This document shows, one piece after another, positions 14,537 through 30,490 of a stretch of DNA of 64,000 bases. Below the pieces are notes generated by a model. That model ran no database searches, had not been told where the DNA came from, and worked only from the letters and a program-made list of their open reading frames with translations. The translations under genes and the position numbers were made by a program. The stretch lies in the NCBI GenBank assembly GCA_964016885.1, contig OZ024762.1:24428001-24492000 (forward strand), written 5' to 3'. The stretch is from Eledone cirrhosa. Its lineage: Eukaryota. Numbering within the stretch: position 1 is the stretch's first letter; every line of letters starts with the position of its first letter.

Positions 14537-15209
14537 ATATATACATACATATATATATGTATGTATATATATATATATATGTGTGTGTGTCTGTGTGAGT
14601 ATATATATATATAAAATTCTGCTGATAAATGTCTTGTCCAAACCTTGCTGCCAACCTTGATATAAAATGGCTGCCAAATTGACTACAAGGGTGATGATGA
14701 TGATGATGATGATTGTTTTTTTTTAATTATTTAACACAAAACTATTTTTTTTCCCTTTCCTATCTAAATTCTAATGTGGAGTTTAGGTGGGGGGTGAGCG
14801 GCAATGTCAAAGTCCGATGGAAATGATTGATGTAATTAATTGATTAATTTAAATTCAGTTATTTACTTATTTTTTTTTTTTATTTCAAGAATTACAGTTT
14901 GATTAAAAGTTCATTAAAAATATATATATATTTTTTTCAAATATACAAAAACAATTTTAAAAAAGGGAAAAAACAAAGGAAAAGATGGCTGATTGCTTTT
15001 TTTTTTCCCATTTGATAGGAAGGATAAATAGGAGTGTTGGTTATATTGGTGTGGTGTGTGGGGGTGGGGTGTTGGTGTGGGGTGTTGTTGTGTTGGTGTG
15101 GGGTGTTGTTGTGTGTTGTGTGGGGTGTTGTTGGTCTTTGCTTGTCACAACCAACAATTCTCCAATCCCATTCCATACTCTACCCAGTCTTATATGTTAA
15201 AAGTAATTG

Positions 15210-15545
15210 CTTAATAATAATAATAATAATAATAATAATTGTTTCTACTTTAGGCACAAGGCCAGCAATTATCCCAGTACATTACTGGTATTTTTTTTTG
15301 TTCTTTTTACTTTACGCACAAGGCCAGCAATTATCCCAGTGTATTGCTGGTACTTTATTTTGTTGTTTCTACTTTTGGCACAATGCCAGCAATTACCCCA
15401 GTACATTACAGTTACTTTATTTTATCGACCCTGTAAGGAGAAAAGGCAAAGTAAACCTTGGCGGGATTTGAACTCAGACCATAAAGAACCATAACTCTAG
15501 TCTGCGTAGCATGTTATCCGTTGCTCTACCAATTCTGCCAATCCA
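15210..15545 (-). mobile_element. SINE family B with triplicated 3' end
   Basis: Three tandem tttctacttt..gcacaaggccagcaatt units followed by the body. Confidence 0.78.
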
Positions 15546-15739
15546 TACATTGTGTATTGTTAGCAAGCTACACAATCATATATATTATGAAGAAACGGAG
15601 TGAATTATAACATGTTGACTTGTACATCATGTTTATAAATATACTTCAGAGTCAACAGAGCCATTTGTCATGGAATGCTTTCCCTGCATACTGCAGTGAC
15701 ACTGATTAACTAACACTTACTCTAATTAATAGTATCTAT

Positions 15740-16520
<781 letters not shown>

Positions 16521-16592
16521 TAATGAAAACAAAAGGGAGTTTAGTGCTTAATTACTGTTTAAGCACTAAACTTCGCCTTTGTTTTCATTGTT

Positions 16593-16653
<61 letters not shown>

Positions 16654-16898
16654 TGTATGTATAATGTGATGGTGATAATAAGGTTGTTGATGATGATGAT
16701 GATAATAAGGTTGTTGATGGTGGTGATGATGATGTATTCCAGTTGTACTTGAATGACATGTGACCAGCAGAAATGAGACATTGTCTGTAAACTGACACAA
16801 TTACATCACTGAAGAGCCATCCTACATACACACATGTATGTGTAATATATATATATATATACATACGCGTGTATATGTATATATATATATATATATAT

Positions 16899-17241
16899 CA
16901 TCATCATCATCATCATCATTTTACGTCCACTTTTCCCTGCTTGCAAGGGTGGGACGGGAACTGATTCTGGCTTGATTTCTACAGCAGGATGCCCTTCCTA
17001 ACTCCAACCTCATTTACAGTGAGTGCTGGGTGCTTTTTTTCCATGTCACCTCCATGCCCACTTTACAGTGGAATGATAGGGACCCCAGTCCCTATCATCT
17101 CATTTCTACAGCTGAGTAAACTGGAGCAATGTGAAATAAAGTGTCTTGCTCAAGGAAACAACACATCACCCGGTCTGAGAATTGAACTCACGACCTTTCG
17201 ATTGCAAGGCCAATGCTCTAACCACTAAGCCATGTGCCTCC
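16899..17241 (-). mobile_element. SINE family A (full length)
   Basis: Reverse complement of 18515-18846. Confidence 0.88.
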
Positions 17242-17305
17242 ACATATAAATATGAGTGTGTGTGTGTGTGTATATATATATGTATATAAATATATATATA
17301 TTTAT

Positions 17306-17348
<43 letters not shown>

Positions 17349-17386
17349 CATATTTATATACATATATATATACACACACTCATATT

Positions 17387-17420
<34 letters not shown>

Positions 17421-17745
17421 TACATATACATACATATATACAGGATGTCCCTAAAAAATGTATACAAACTTCAACAGCATTCTAATCAAAGTATATATAT
17501 ATATATATATGTGTGTGTGTATATACATAGATATAGGATCTATATGAGTAAGGCATAGTGTCCTGCCCTGACAACCCGTCTAACCCATGCTAGCATGGAA
17601 AATGGATATTGAATGTTGATGACGATGTATATTTTGTTGAATTATATATTATATTAAATTTCACACTTTCACTATACATATCTATAATCTAGTCCCTGAT
17701 ACACCATTCCACTATATATACAAATTGATGTGCATGCATACACAT

Positions 17746-18152
17746 ATGGTGACTGCCAACTCGTTTTCGAGTACGGCCACTACTTTATATCCATGTAGGA
17801 GAACCCCTACCGATGCGCTGAACGAGTGTGACTTTTTAGTCCAGCCAGCGACTTGAAAACTCTGGTACAAACACTACACTTGTGACAATTATTGACACAC
17901 AGTGCTGGGCCCATGGTACCATGTGACGACAAGTGCAGAGAGATCTCCAGATATAAAGCAATGCCTGTGCCGTGAAGCTTTTATAGTGAGCAAAGGCACT
18001 GCACAAAGCCAGTCCCACTCTCTTAACCAAGATGATATTTACCAAAAAGAAGAACAAGTCAACATCATTGGATACCATCAGGGTTGCAGGTGTTATATCA
18101 GAGTTTTCCTTCTCCTAGAATTCTGCCTTGACAAAGGCTAAGGGGTCATCTC
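17746..18152 (-). mobile_element. Truncated copy of the 11197-11805 repeat
   Basis: Near identity with 11197-11612. Confidence 0.7.
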
Positions 18153-18313
18153 ATACATGTATATATATGTATATATATGAATATATATTGCACACCACAT
18201 AACATTGTATATGTATGTGTGTGTTAACATGAATGGGCCTGTTATTTTTATCTAAAGACATTTTTTCCAATTCCAACCCACCCGTCTCCTCAATCTATCT
18301 TATTTCTTATTCT

Positions 18314-18351
18314 TTTTTCTGATGAAGGACTAGCATCCGAAACGTTAAGAC
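18314..18351 (+). ncRNA. Minimal hammerhead ribozyme motif
   Basis: tttt-CTGATGA-aggactagcatcc-GAAACGTT-aaga; palindromic AACGTT stem III. Confidence 0.62.
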
Positions 18352-18432
18352 CCTCTTCCTGCTATATCAAGCATTAACCTAATATATACCTTCCATATAC
18401 TGTACCGATTGTGTTATTTCTGTTTACCTTTT

Positions 18433-18488
<56 letters not shown>

Positions 18489-18514
18489 ATGTGTGTGTGT
18501 GTGTATTTGTATAT

Positions 18515-18846
18515 GGAGGCACATGGCTTAGTGGTTAGAGCATTGGCCTTGCAATCGAAAGGTTGTGAGTTCAATTCTCAGACCGGGTGATGTGTTGTTT
18601 CCTTGAGCAAGGCACTTTATTTCACATTGCTCCAGTTTACTCAGCTGTAGAAATGAGATGATAGGGACTGGGGTCCCTATCATTCCACTGCAAAGTGGTC
18701 GTGGAGGTGCTATGGCAAAAAAGCACCCAGCACTCACTGTAAATGAGGTTGGTGTTAGGAAGGGCATCCAGCTGTAGAAACCAAGCCAGAATCAGTTCCC
18801 GTCCCACCCTTGCAAGCAGGGAAAAAGTGGACGTAAAATGAAATGA
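18515..18846 (+). mobile_element. tRNA-derived CORE-like SINE, family A (full length)
   Basis: A box TGGCTTAGTGG, B box GAGTTCAATTC, CORE-like ccttgagcaaggcactt...cagtttactcagctgtagaaatg, 3' ggacgtaaaatga; several near-identical copies in the window. Confidence 0.88.
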
Positions 18847-19007
18847 TATATATGTGTGTGTGTGTGTATTTGTATTTGTATATATGTGTATCTGTATATA
18901 TGTATTTGTATATATGTGTGTGTGTATGTATATATATGTATTTGTATATATGTGTGTGTGTGTGTATTTGTATATATATATATGTGTGTCTATATATATA
19001 TATATAT

Positions 19008-19055
<48 letters not shown>

Positions 19056-19182
19056 ATATATTTATAAGAAATATTTAAAGGATTAATGGTACCCAAGATG
19101 ATAAGAGGTAATTAATAATTTATTAGATGAGGTATATAAAGTAGGTAATCTAATATATTGTTCATGTATATGTGTGTATATA

Positions 19183-19213
<31 letters not shown>

Positions 19214-19245
19214 GTGTATATGTATGTGTGTGTATATATATGTAT

Positions 19246-19710
19246 AAGCCACATCCTATGTAGCCCACCTTGTAATGAGCCACATCCTATGTGGCCTCTG
19301 TTATTATAAACCCCATCCTATGTGGCTCAACTTATAATTGAACCAGATCATGTGTGTCTCAACATATAATTGAACTAGATTGTGTGTGGCTCAACTTATA
19401 ATTGAACCAGATCGTGTGTGGCTCAACTTATTATCAACCACATTCTATGTGGCTCAACTTATGATGAACCCCATCCTATGTGGCTCAACTTATAATTGAA
19501 CCACATCCTATGTTGCTCAGCTTATGATCAATCAGATTGTGTGTGGCTCAACTTATAATTGAACCAGAACGTGTGTGGCTCAATTACAATTGAACCACAT
19601 CCTATGTGGCTCAACATATAATGAGCCACATACTATGTGGCCTGCCTTATAATGAGCCACATCCTATGTGGCTCAACTTATAATTGAACCACCTCCTATG
19701 TGGCCCACTC
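19246..19710. repeat. About 32-bp minisatellite
   Basis: cacatcctatgtggctcaacttataattgaac variants; followed by a possible hAT-like end ggttgcccatgcctg. Confidence 0.8.
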
Positions 19711-20128
19711 CTAAAAAAAAGGGGGTTGCCCATGCCTGCTATAGAGGGTTCATTGTTGACAACATCCTGGTGCATTGTTAGAGTGGGAATCTTATTTGAC
19801 AATTATTAAAGCCTCATTCATGCTTGGTTCAACCCCACCTGTCCTGCTGTTGAGTCAGTGTCCTTATGTTACTTCCTCCCTCTGTACAACATATAGCTGA
19901 GTCAGTATATTGTTCTCACACACTCCCTCCTTTGACAGCTCCACCACTGTCACCATCATGTCACCACAGCCACTGCCACACTTAAGCATTGTTTACAAGA
20001 CAATATAGTACACCCCTTATTGCTACTTACTTATCTACCTATCTATCTATCTATCCATCTATCTATCTACCTCTATCTATCTCTCTATCTATCTATCTAT
20101 CTCTCTATCTATATCTCTATCTATCTCT

Positions 20129-20218
<90 letters not shown>

Positions 20219-20934
20219 TCATTACTCCCAACCTTGTGAGTGAGTCAAACAATTCAGATCTATGATACATCCTGCACCCAATCCTCTCCCCTCAGCCTCC
20301 CACCCTCCGCCCCTGGGTCTCTTTCCTTCACCCTTATTTAAATTTACTAGTTTTCAAATTAAGTACATCTACTAAGAGAGGTTGTTAGTATCACTTGGTG
20401 ATGTAGGTAATGGTGGTGATGTTGATGGTGGTGATGACTGTGTGGCTGATGATGACAGTGATGTTTACCATGATGATGATGATGATGGTAGTGGTGGTGA
20501 TGATGATGATGATAGTGATGGTAGTGGTGGTAATGGTGGTGGTGATGATGATGATGATGATGATGGTGGTGGTTATGATGATGATGATGATAATGGTGGT
20601 GGTTGTTCTTATCTTGATGATAATAGTGGTGGTGGTGGTGGTGATGATGATGTTGGCTGAGTCAAATTTCAAATTTAGTGGATTTTACATTTTACACCCC
20701 AGATGGTTACCATTGTTACTATTATTTTTAGTATTATTATTATTATTTTATTTAAGGGTGGCAGACAGCAGATGTCTGTGAGTTTAGGGTACCTACCTAG
20801 TGGCCAGGATGGACAAACAGGACAAAGGTTGGCTAGGAGGTGGTGTGGAGGAGGGAGATAAGGGTGGGTGGACTATCAGCTGTTTTATGAATGTGTCTAG
20901 TATCACCTGCCTCTCTCTGTGTTGTGTTGAGTTG

Positions 20935-21110
20935 GTGACCCGTAGGTGCAGCCAGGGCTGTGTGGTTAAGGAGTTCATTTGCTGGGCAATCACATGGTTT
21001 CAGGTTGGGTGGGTCCAGTCCCACAATGCAGCTCCTTGCGGCAAGTGGCTTCTATTCTGAAACCCCTGGTTGTCCAATGTCTTTGGTTGAAAGAAATTGC
21101 TGAAGTTCAT
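20935..21110 (+). mobile_element. Old degenerate tRNA-SINE
   Basis: ggctgtgtggttaagg head and ccttgcggcaagtggcttcta core; loosely similar to 1968-2095. Confidence 0.45.
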
Positions 21111-21189
21111 TGTGTGCGTATGTGTGTGTGATGTGTGTATATATATATATGTGTGTGTATATATATATATATATGTATATATATATGTA

Positions 21190-21452
21190 TGGCCTAGTGG
21201 TAAGGGTGTTGGACTTATGATCATAATGTCGCGGGTTTGATTCCTGGGTTGCGTGTTAGTTTTTGAGCAAAACACTTCATTCCATGTTGCTTCAGTGTAC
21301 TCAGCTAAAAATGAGTACCAGCAATAGTTGGGGGGGTTAACCCTGTGATGGACTGGTGTCCTGTCCAGGGGGGAGTCTTGAACTCTCAGTCGCTTCACGC
21401 CATGGAACCAGGATAAGCACCGGCCAAATGAGCCTTCTGGCTTAAGACAGAC
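21190..21452 (+). mobile_element. Related tRNA-derived CORE-like SINE
   Basis: TGGCCTAGTGG A box, GGTTTGATTCC B box, ttgagcaaaacactt...ctcagctaaaaatgagtacc; a related fragment lies on the minus strand near 60660-60815. Confidence 0.65.
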
Positions 21453-21539
21453 TTTAGGCTTTTTTTTAGATACATACACACACTCACACACACTCACACA
21501 CACACACATAACTTTATATATATATATATATATATATGT

Positions 21540-21742
21540 AGGCGCCACGGAAAGAAAGCACCCAGCACTCACTGTAAATGAGGTTGGTGTTAGGAAGGGC
21601 ATCCAGCTGTAGAAATGAAGCCAGAATCAGTTCCTGTATGTGCAAGACAAGGTCAGCCAACCGGGCACTGCCCACAACAGGACAACCCATCTAACCCATG
21701 CTAGCGTGGAAGAACGGATGTAAAACGGTGATGATGATGATA
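21540..21742 (+). mobile_element. SINE family A 3' fragment (long-tail variant)
   Basis: aagcacccagcactcactgtaaatgaggttgg...ctaacccatgctagcgtggaagaacggatgtaaaa(gat)n. Confidence 0.78.
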
Positions 21743-22773
21743 TATATGTGTAGGTGTGTGTGTGTGTATGATGTGTAGGTGTGCTAGAATATAATAATGG
21801 TGTCTTTAGTTGTCTGTTTCTTGTTTCAAATACTTCAAAAACAAACTAAAAACACTAAAACACCCCCTCCCATCAACCAATGATATCTTACTTTGTAGAC
21901 TTGCAACCTTTTTCCTTTTCTTTTCCCCCCTCAACTATTTATTTCTAATTTAATTGATTTCTGTAATCGGATTCTCAGATAAATGATGCCGAGACAGCTG
22001 GAAGTGGTCAATTTGTCAGTCTGTAAACAACTCCAACGATCTGCTTCCACCTACACCACTCCTTCTGCCACTCTCCTCCGCTACTCCACTCCCCCTCTGT
22101 TCCTGCCCTGCTTCTCAGCTCCACCCACTGCCCTGCTCTGCCCTCATTCCCAACCCGCTCAACATTGATCATCCTCTGACCCCCCCCCCCCCCTCCACCA
22201 TTCTGCTCTCGCCTGGCCCACTGCCCTTGACTCCCCCCGCACCACCGCTTTTGTCCTCCCCGTTCCGCCTTCGTCTGCCCCTCCCAACACTGATCATCCT
22301 TCCACTCTTGTCCCTCCACGACCCTGCTCTGCCACAACACTGGTCATCTCTCATTCTTACCTATTCACTATTTCTTTCTTCACCCCAACACCTCCTTGAC
22401 CGCCCCTCCTCCAACTCTCTCTCTCTCTCTCTCTCTCTCATTATTACACTACCCGCCTCACACTCACACTCCATCTCTACCTTCATCTCCTCATCTCCCC
22501 CTTCAACCTCCAACTCTCCTCACTCACCATTTACCTGTCCACCTCTCACTTCTATCTGACCATCGCTGTGTTTAACTCCTTATCCTAGTCCCCCCATCAT
22601 TTCCCGCCCTCCTCCGTGATATATTATTGAGACAAAGAACTTCAACCAATATTGATCAGTTTGTTTCATTGGCATTTTACATACAGTTCACCATTTTTCA
22701 TCTTGAACACATGTATGTATATGTGTGTGTGTGTGTGTATATATATATGTGTGTGTGTGTGTATATATATATA

Positions 22774-22810
<37 letters not shown>

Positions 22811-22837
22811 GCAGCTGAAACTTCGATTGATACCTAT

Positions 22838-22872
<35 letters not shown>

Positions 22873-22890
22873 GAGTATATATATATGAGC

Positions 22891-22922
<32 letters not shown>

Positions 22923-22937
22923 ATATATATATATATA

Positions 22938-23033
<96 letters not shown>

Positions 23034-23403
23034 TACATACATACATACATACATACAGTGTCTGCTTATCTCTCCTCACTCTTCATGTACTTCATGTATT
23101 TCTTAGTTCCTTTGTCTCCCTATCTCTCTCTCTCTCCCTATCTCTTTCTCTCTCTCTCTCTCTCGCTACACACACACACCCGCACACATATATATAATTT
23201 AAATTGGTCAGACGTAAACAAACTGACTGAAAAACAATAAATTTCATCAAATACAAACGCGACTGAATCCTTGGTCAGCCATTTTAATGAAACTTATAGT
23301 TTCAACCAGTTTGTTTGTGGCTGACAGAATAAAAATGACTTATACATACTCTGCATCTGGTATTGAGTACTTTTAATCTTCTGTTCACTACTGTTTACCC
23401 TTT

Positions 23404-24415
<1,012 letters not shown>

Positions 24416-25149
24416 ATAAATAAAATCTCAACACAGCAGCATGCTACCTGAGGTTTCAAAGCATACTCTAGCAGAGATCTTAGAGACCATATATCTACTA
24501 GTGTTGCTTATCTTAGACATTTTAACTTTATCTTCAAGCAAAATTAGTGTGACACTGTAGTATGTCAAGGCTGGTACAGTCCATCTTAAATTATAGCTGT
24601 ATGTGGCTGAGTATTCCACAGAAAATTCTACCCCAGATCCACTTAATTACTGGTACACTCAGATGTAAGTGGTTGAGTATTCCTCTTCTTTCCTACATAT
24701 TCTCATGCTTTCTATTACTCTCTCTCTCTCTCATTCTCTCTCTCTCTCTCATTCTCTCTCTGTACTACTTATTACTCTCTCTCTCTCACTGTCTCTCTCA
24801 CTGTCTCTATACTACTTATTACTCTATCTCTCTCTCACTCTCTTTGTACTACTTATTACTCCCCCCCCCACACTCTCTCTATCCTTATCTCCCCCTCCCC
24901 CTCTGTGGTGGCAGTGATGATGTAATTTCCATCTCTAACACTCATTACATCTTATTTACTCTCTAGTAGTTCTGTGTGTAAGTGTGTGTGTGTGTGTGTG
25001 TGAGGCTGGATGTTTAAGTGTGTATGTGAATGTGAAAGTATGTATGAGTGTGTGAGTGTATGTATGGGCTTGTATGTATATGTGTGTGTCTATGAATTTA
25101 TGTGTTTGTAGGCATGTGTGTGTATGTGTGTTTGTGTGTGGGTGTTTAA

Positions 25150-25470
25150 GTGTATGTGAATGTTGGTGTGTGTATATGGGTGTGTGAGTGTGTATGTGAA
25201 TGTTGGTGTGTGTATATGGGTGTGTGAGTGTGTATGTGAATGTTGGTGTGTGTATATGGGTGTGTGAGTGTATGTGAATGTTGGTGTGTGTATATGGGTG
25301 TGTGAGTGTGTATGTGAATGTTGGTGTGTGTATATGGGTGTGTGAGTGTGTATGTGAATGCTGGTGTGTGTATATGGGTGTGTGTGTGTATGTGAATGTT
25401 GGTGTGTGTATATGGGCGTGTGAGTGTGTATGTGAATGTTGGTGTATGTATATGGGTGTGTGAGTGTGTA
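25150..25470. repeat. 40-bp tandem repeat
   Basis: gtgtatgtgaatgttggtgtgtgtatatgggtgtgtgagt. Confidence 0.8.
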
Positions 25471-26800
25471 TGCATGGGCTTTTATGTGTGTGTATGTGTA
25501 CCTATGAATTTGTGTGTTTGTATGCATGTATATATATATCTATGTCTATGTGTATGTTTGTTGTGTATGTCTGTGTGTGTGTGTGTAGTAGTGTGCCGTG
25601 TCTGTGTGTAGTAGTGGTAGTATAGGTGTGGTGGGAGGGAGGTAATGTGTATATGTATGTTAGTGTGTATGTATGTGCCTGTTGCATGTATATATGTGTG
25701 TGTGTAGTAGTGTGTAGTATAGGTGTGGTGGGAGGGATGTAATGTGTATATGTATGTGTAGTAGTGTGTAGTATAAGTGTGGTGGGAGGGATGTAATGTG
25801 TATATGTATGTTAGTGTGTATGTATGTATCTATGTGTGTGTAGTAGTGTGTAGTGGTGGAGGTGGGAGGGATGTAATGTGTTCAGTTTCTGTCTACTTAA
25901 TCAAAATGTTCAACTGTCATTGTTTCTGACAGAATGTTTAATGTAGTTCTGGTTATACACCACCACCACTACTACCACCACACCTACTGCACCACCTCCA
26001 CTACTACCACCACTACTACCACCACACCTACTGCACCACCACCACTACTACCACCACACCTACTGCACCACCACCACTACTACCACCACACCTACTGCAC
26101 CACCTCCACTACTACCACCACACCTACTGTACCACCACACCTACTGCACCACCTTCGCTGTACCACCACCACCACCACTACTACCACCACACCTACTGCA
26201 CCACCACCACTACTACCACCACACCTACTGCACCACCTTCGCTGTACCACCACCACCACTACTACCACTACACCTACTGCACCACCTCCACTGTACCACC
26301 ACCACCACTACTGTACCACCATTTCCACTTCTACTGCACCACTTCTGCTGCCACCATCACCACTGCCACCACCGCCTCCGCTACTGTTCCACCATCACCA
26401 CCGCTGCCAACAACAGCACCAACATTGTCTCCACCACCACCACCACCACCAGCAGCACTACCAACATCAACTACACCACCACCACCATTTTCTCTCTGTC
26501 TTTTTCCCATTGTGACTTCCACTGATTTCTCTCCTTGATAGTTACCACCACCACCACCACCATCACCACCACCACCACCACCATCACCACCACCACCATC
26601 ACCACCACCACCACCACCACCACCACCACCACCAACACCAGCACCACTGCCACTACTACTCCCATCATCACTATCACCAACATCACTCTCACTTATCTCT
26701 GGGGGTCATTACATACATACATTTCAAATATTTATGGTATCTTTACTACTGGACAGATTTTTGGGAACATTTTCATTATTAGAGTAAAGACTCATGTTTT

Positions 26801-27010
26801 ATTGGCAGGATCGGTAGAGCGTCAGACACCACACTTTGCGGCATAGAGTTACACCTCTTTATGTTGTTAGTTCAAATCTCGCTGAGCTTAGCTTTGCCTT
26901 TCATCTTTGCAGGTTCGATAAAATAAATCACCAGTAATGCACTGGGGTCAATTTAATCGACTTTCCCTTTCCCCAAAATGATTGGCCTTCTGCCTAATCA
27001 GAAACCTTTA
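26801..27010 (+). mobile_element. SINE family B
   Basis: ttggcaggatcggtagagc...ttcaaatctcgctgag...gataaaataaatcaccag. Confidence 0.75.
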
Positions 27011-27254
27011 TTAGTGTAAAGACTCGTGTTTTATGTGATGCAGCCATAATTTTGTTTTGTATTTTTTCAAGAATGTCTTGCTAATTGATTTCAGTTTGTT
27101 TGTTAATTAAAATGTTTATAGTATCTTTAATAGTGGAGGGATTGTTGTGAAAATTTGCAGTATTAGAGTAAAAACTTGAATGATGTAGTCACTGTATTGT
27201 TTTATCCTTTTTCAAGAATGTCTTGCTAATATTGGGTTTCATTTGGTACACGTT

Positions 27255-27492
27255 GGAGGTAAATATTACACCAGTTTCATTTTGGAGGTAAAAATTACAC
27301 CGGTTTCATTTTGGAGCTGAATATTACACCAGTTTCCTTTTGGAGCTGAATATTACACCAGTTTCACTTTGGCAGTGAATATTACACCAGTTTCCTTTTG
27401 GAGGTGAATATTACACTGGTTTCATTTTGGAGAAAAATATTACACCAGTTTCATTTTGGAGGTGAATATTACACTGGTTTTACTTTGGAGGT
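27255..27492. repeat. About 30-bp minisatellite
   Basis: ttggaggtgaatattacaccagtttcattt, about 8 copies. Confidence 0.8.
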
Positions 27493-28547
27493 AATGATGA
27501 TGATGATCGTCATGACAATGATGGTGATTATGCCAATGATGATAATGGAGATAATGATGATGATATTGATGATGATGATTGATTAGGACTATTCAGTGAG
27601 CTTTACCATTCTCATTCTGCAAGCCCACTTAACAATGACAATAACAACTATAACAGTAACAACAACAGCAGCAATAATGACAACAACAAGAGCAATAATG
27701 AGAACAACGACGACAGCAATAACAACAGCAACAGCATTAATGACAACAATAACAGTAACAGCAATAATGACGACAACAATAACAGCAACAACATTAATAG
27801 CAACAACAATAGCAACAACAACAGTAACAACAACAGAAATGAGCTGTTTGTAAGCATGATTGACTGATCAGCTCTGATTTCTGTCAACACAAATCAATTA
27901 TCATGTTTTCTTTATTTGTTGGGGGTGGGGTAATGGGTGGGTGGGTAGAGGATGGTTCTTAACCCCCTTTCTCATTTCCTCCACCATACTGATGGTGATG
28001 ATGGTAGTCTTTATAGTGATGATGATGGTAGTGGTGGTGGTGGTCTTTATAGTGATGATGGTGGTGGTGATCTTTATAGTGATGGTGGTGGGCAGGAAAT
28101 TGTTCTTCATCCCCTTCTTATCTCCTCCACGGACCACCCCACCTCACCCCACACGCTCTTGCCTCTGTAGCTATCTTGTTGTCATAGTTGTTAGTTTTCA
28201 TCATGCTCCTACATTTTGTTATTATTATTATTATTATTATTACAAATCCCTGGCTGCTGCTAAAAGTTGTAGCTAATAATCCACCCTCGTTCTCTCGCCG
28301 TCAGCCCCACCCCTTACCAGCCTCCCTGCACTTACCACCATCCTCACCCACCCATCAACCCTCACCCCCACATCCTCATTACTAGAGTTAATGAACGTTA
28401 TTTATTCATTTAATGTATCTGTATAAAGAAAGTTAAAAGTGTAGGGAAGGGAGAGAGAAAGAGGAGAGATAGAGAATGAAATGAAGAGGGATATATATAT
28501 ATATTATATATATATATAGAGAGAGAGAGAGATGGTGATGTTGATAT

Positions 28548-28598
<51 letters not shown>

Positions 28599-28623
28599 CA
28601 CACACACATATATATACATATAC

Positions 28624-28690
<67 letters not shown>

Positions 28691-28713
28691 CACACACATA
28701 TATATACACATAC

Positions 28714-28770
<57 letters not shown>

Positions 28771-29094
28771 AATATATATATATGTACATATATATATATA
28801 TATATACAAAGATTAACATGGGTTTTAATTAAAGAATGTAATAGATTTACGACCATCTCGTTAAACTTACAAGAATATTCCATTTCTGTCAGAATAACTC
28901 CTGTGTGAGCAAGGCACAGTCATCTGATGATCTGATTTGACTTACCTTACAACAGGACAACCTATCTAACCCATGTGAGCAGATACAAACTATGCAGTGT
29001 GGAAATGTCTAAACAGACTAAGATCTGGTGTTGGTCATGCATGATGGTGGTGGAGGTGGTAGTGGCGATCATTATAGGGATGATGTCAGTGGTG

Positions 29095-29375
29095 ATGGTC
29101 ATTATAGTGATGATGATGTGGGTGGTGGTCATTATAGTGATTATAGTGATGATAATGATGGTGGGGGTCATTATAGTGATGATAATGATGGTGGTGGTCA
29201 TTATAGTGATGATAATGATGGTGGGGGTCATTATAGTGATGATAATGATGGTGGTGGTCATTATAGTGATGATAATGATGGTGGTGGTCATTATAGCGAT
29301 GATGATGATGATGGTGGTGGTCATTATAGCGATGATGATGATGATGATGATGGTGGTGGTAGTGGTCATTATAGT
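29095..29375. repeat. 30-bp tandem repeat
   Basis: ggtcattatagtgatgataatgatggtggt. Confidence 0.78.
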
Positions 29376-30103
29376 GTTGATGGTGATAGTAGTCATTCTT
29401 TATTATAAGATGTCCAAAGTTTGTGGTGTTATGTGTGGAGGAATGTGTGATGGGTTGTGTGACAGTATATGGTGGTGGTGGTGCTATATTAGGATGAGTG
29501 ATAGTATATGTGGTGGTATGTGTGGTGATGGTGGTAGTAGTATATGTGGTGGTATGGGATTGCCAATGTTTCTACTTGCACAAAACCATCCTTTCAAAGA
29601 AGTCAAACGGAACGTAACGGTATGGAACAAAACTGCGTCCATCCGCCTCATTTTATTGGATTTTCTGATATTTCCGGATCATGGATCCTTCCAATTCACT
29701 GTTTGATTACTGTTCCTTCAGGACACACGCTGACCTCTCCTTGTGCTTGCCTAACCGAGGATGAGTGAGGAGCCCGAAATATTATTATTGTTGTTTTTAT
29801 TATTGTTGTTATTGTCATTGTTATTAATCCCACCGAGAGCAAACATCCATTAACTGCTGAATATCATTACTATCATCATTGTCATTATCATCCTCATCAT
29901 CATCATTGTTATCATTATAGTCACCATCATCATCATATCATCATAGACATCATTTATGTTATCATCATCACCATCATCATCATTATATAATTGTCATCAT
30001 CATCATATCATCACTACCATCACCATCCTCATCACTGTCATCACCATCAGCATTATATCATCATCATCATCATCATCATCATCATACTATTAATAATATA
30101 GAG

Positions 30104-30320
30104 CGGTGCATTGGCAGTAATTGGTAGAGCGTCGGATAACATGCTTTGTGGCATAGTGTTACAACTCTTTATGTTCTGAGTTCAAATCTCGCCGAGCTTA
30201 AGCTATGCCTTTCATCATTAGAGAGTCAATAAAGTAAATTACCAGTAATTCACTGGAGGTCGATTTAATCAACTGCCTCCTCTCCTCAAATCGTTAGCCT
30301 TGTATCTAATTAGAAACCAT
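30104..30320 (+). mobile_element. SINE family B
   Basis: Homologous to 26801-27010. Confidence 0.75.
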
Positions 30321-30456
30321 TTGGCAGTATCGATAGAGCATGTTGGACCCTTGGTACACATGGAGATCAGAGGCTTTGCTTGAGCATTGTCTAGCCCGTG
30401 ACAAGTCCAATTGTTGCTAGCAGTAAAAATGGATACTCAATAATGATAATGTTGTA

Positions 30457-30490
<34 letters not shown>

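Noticed and set aside
18515-18590. tRNA gene
   Set aside because: A/B boxes are heads of a multi-copy SINE; no proper acceptor stem, and it continues into the SINE body
21983-22340. GC-rich ORFs
   Set aside because: Low-complexity C-rich sequence with no supportable product
29544-29768. 74-aa ORF in unique sequence
   Set aside because: No recognisable motif or convincing splice sites; cannot be excluded without transcripts
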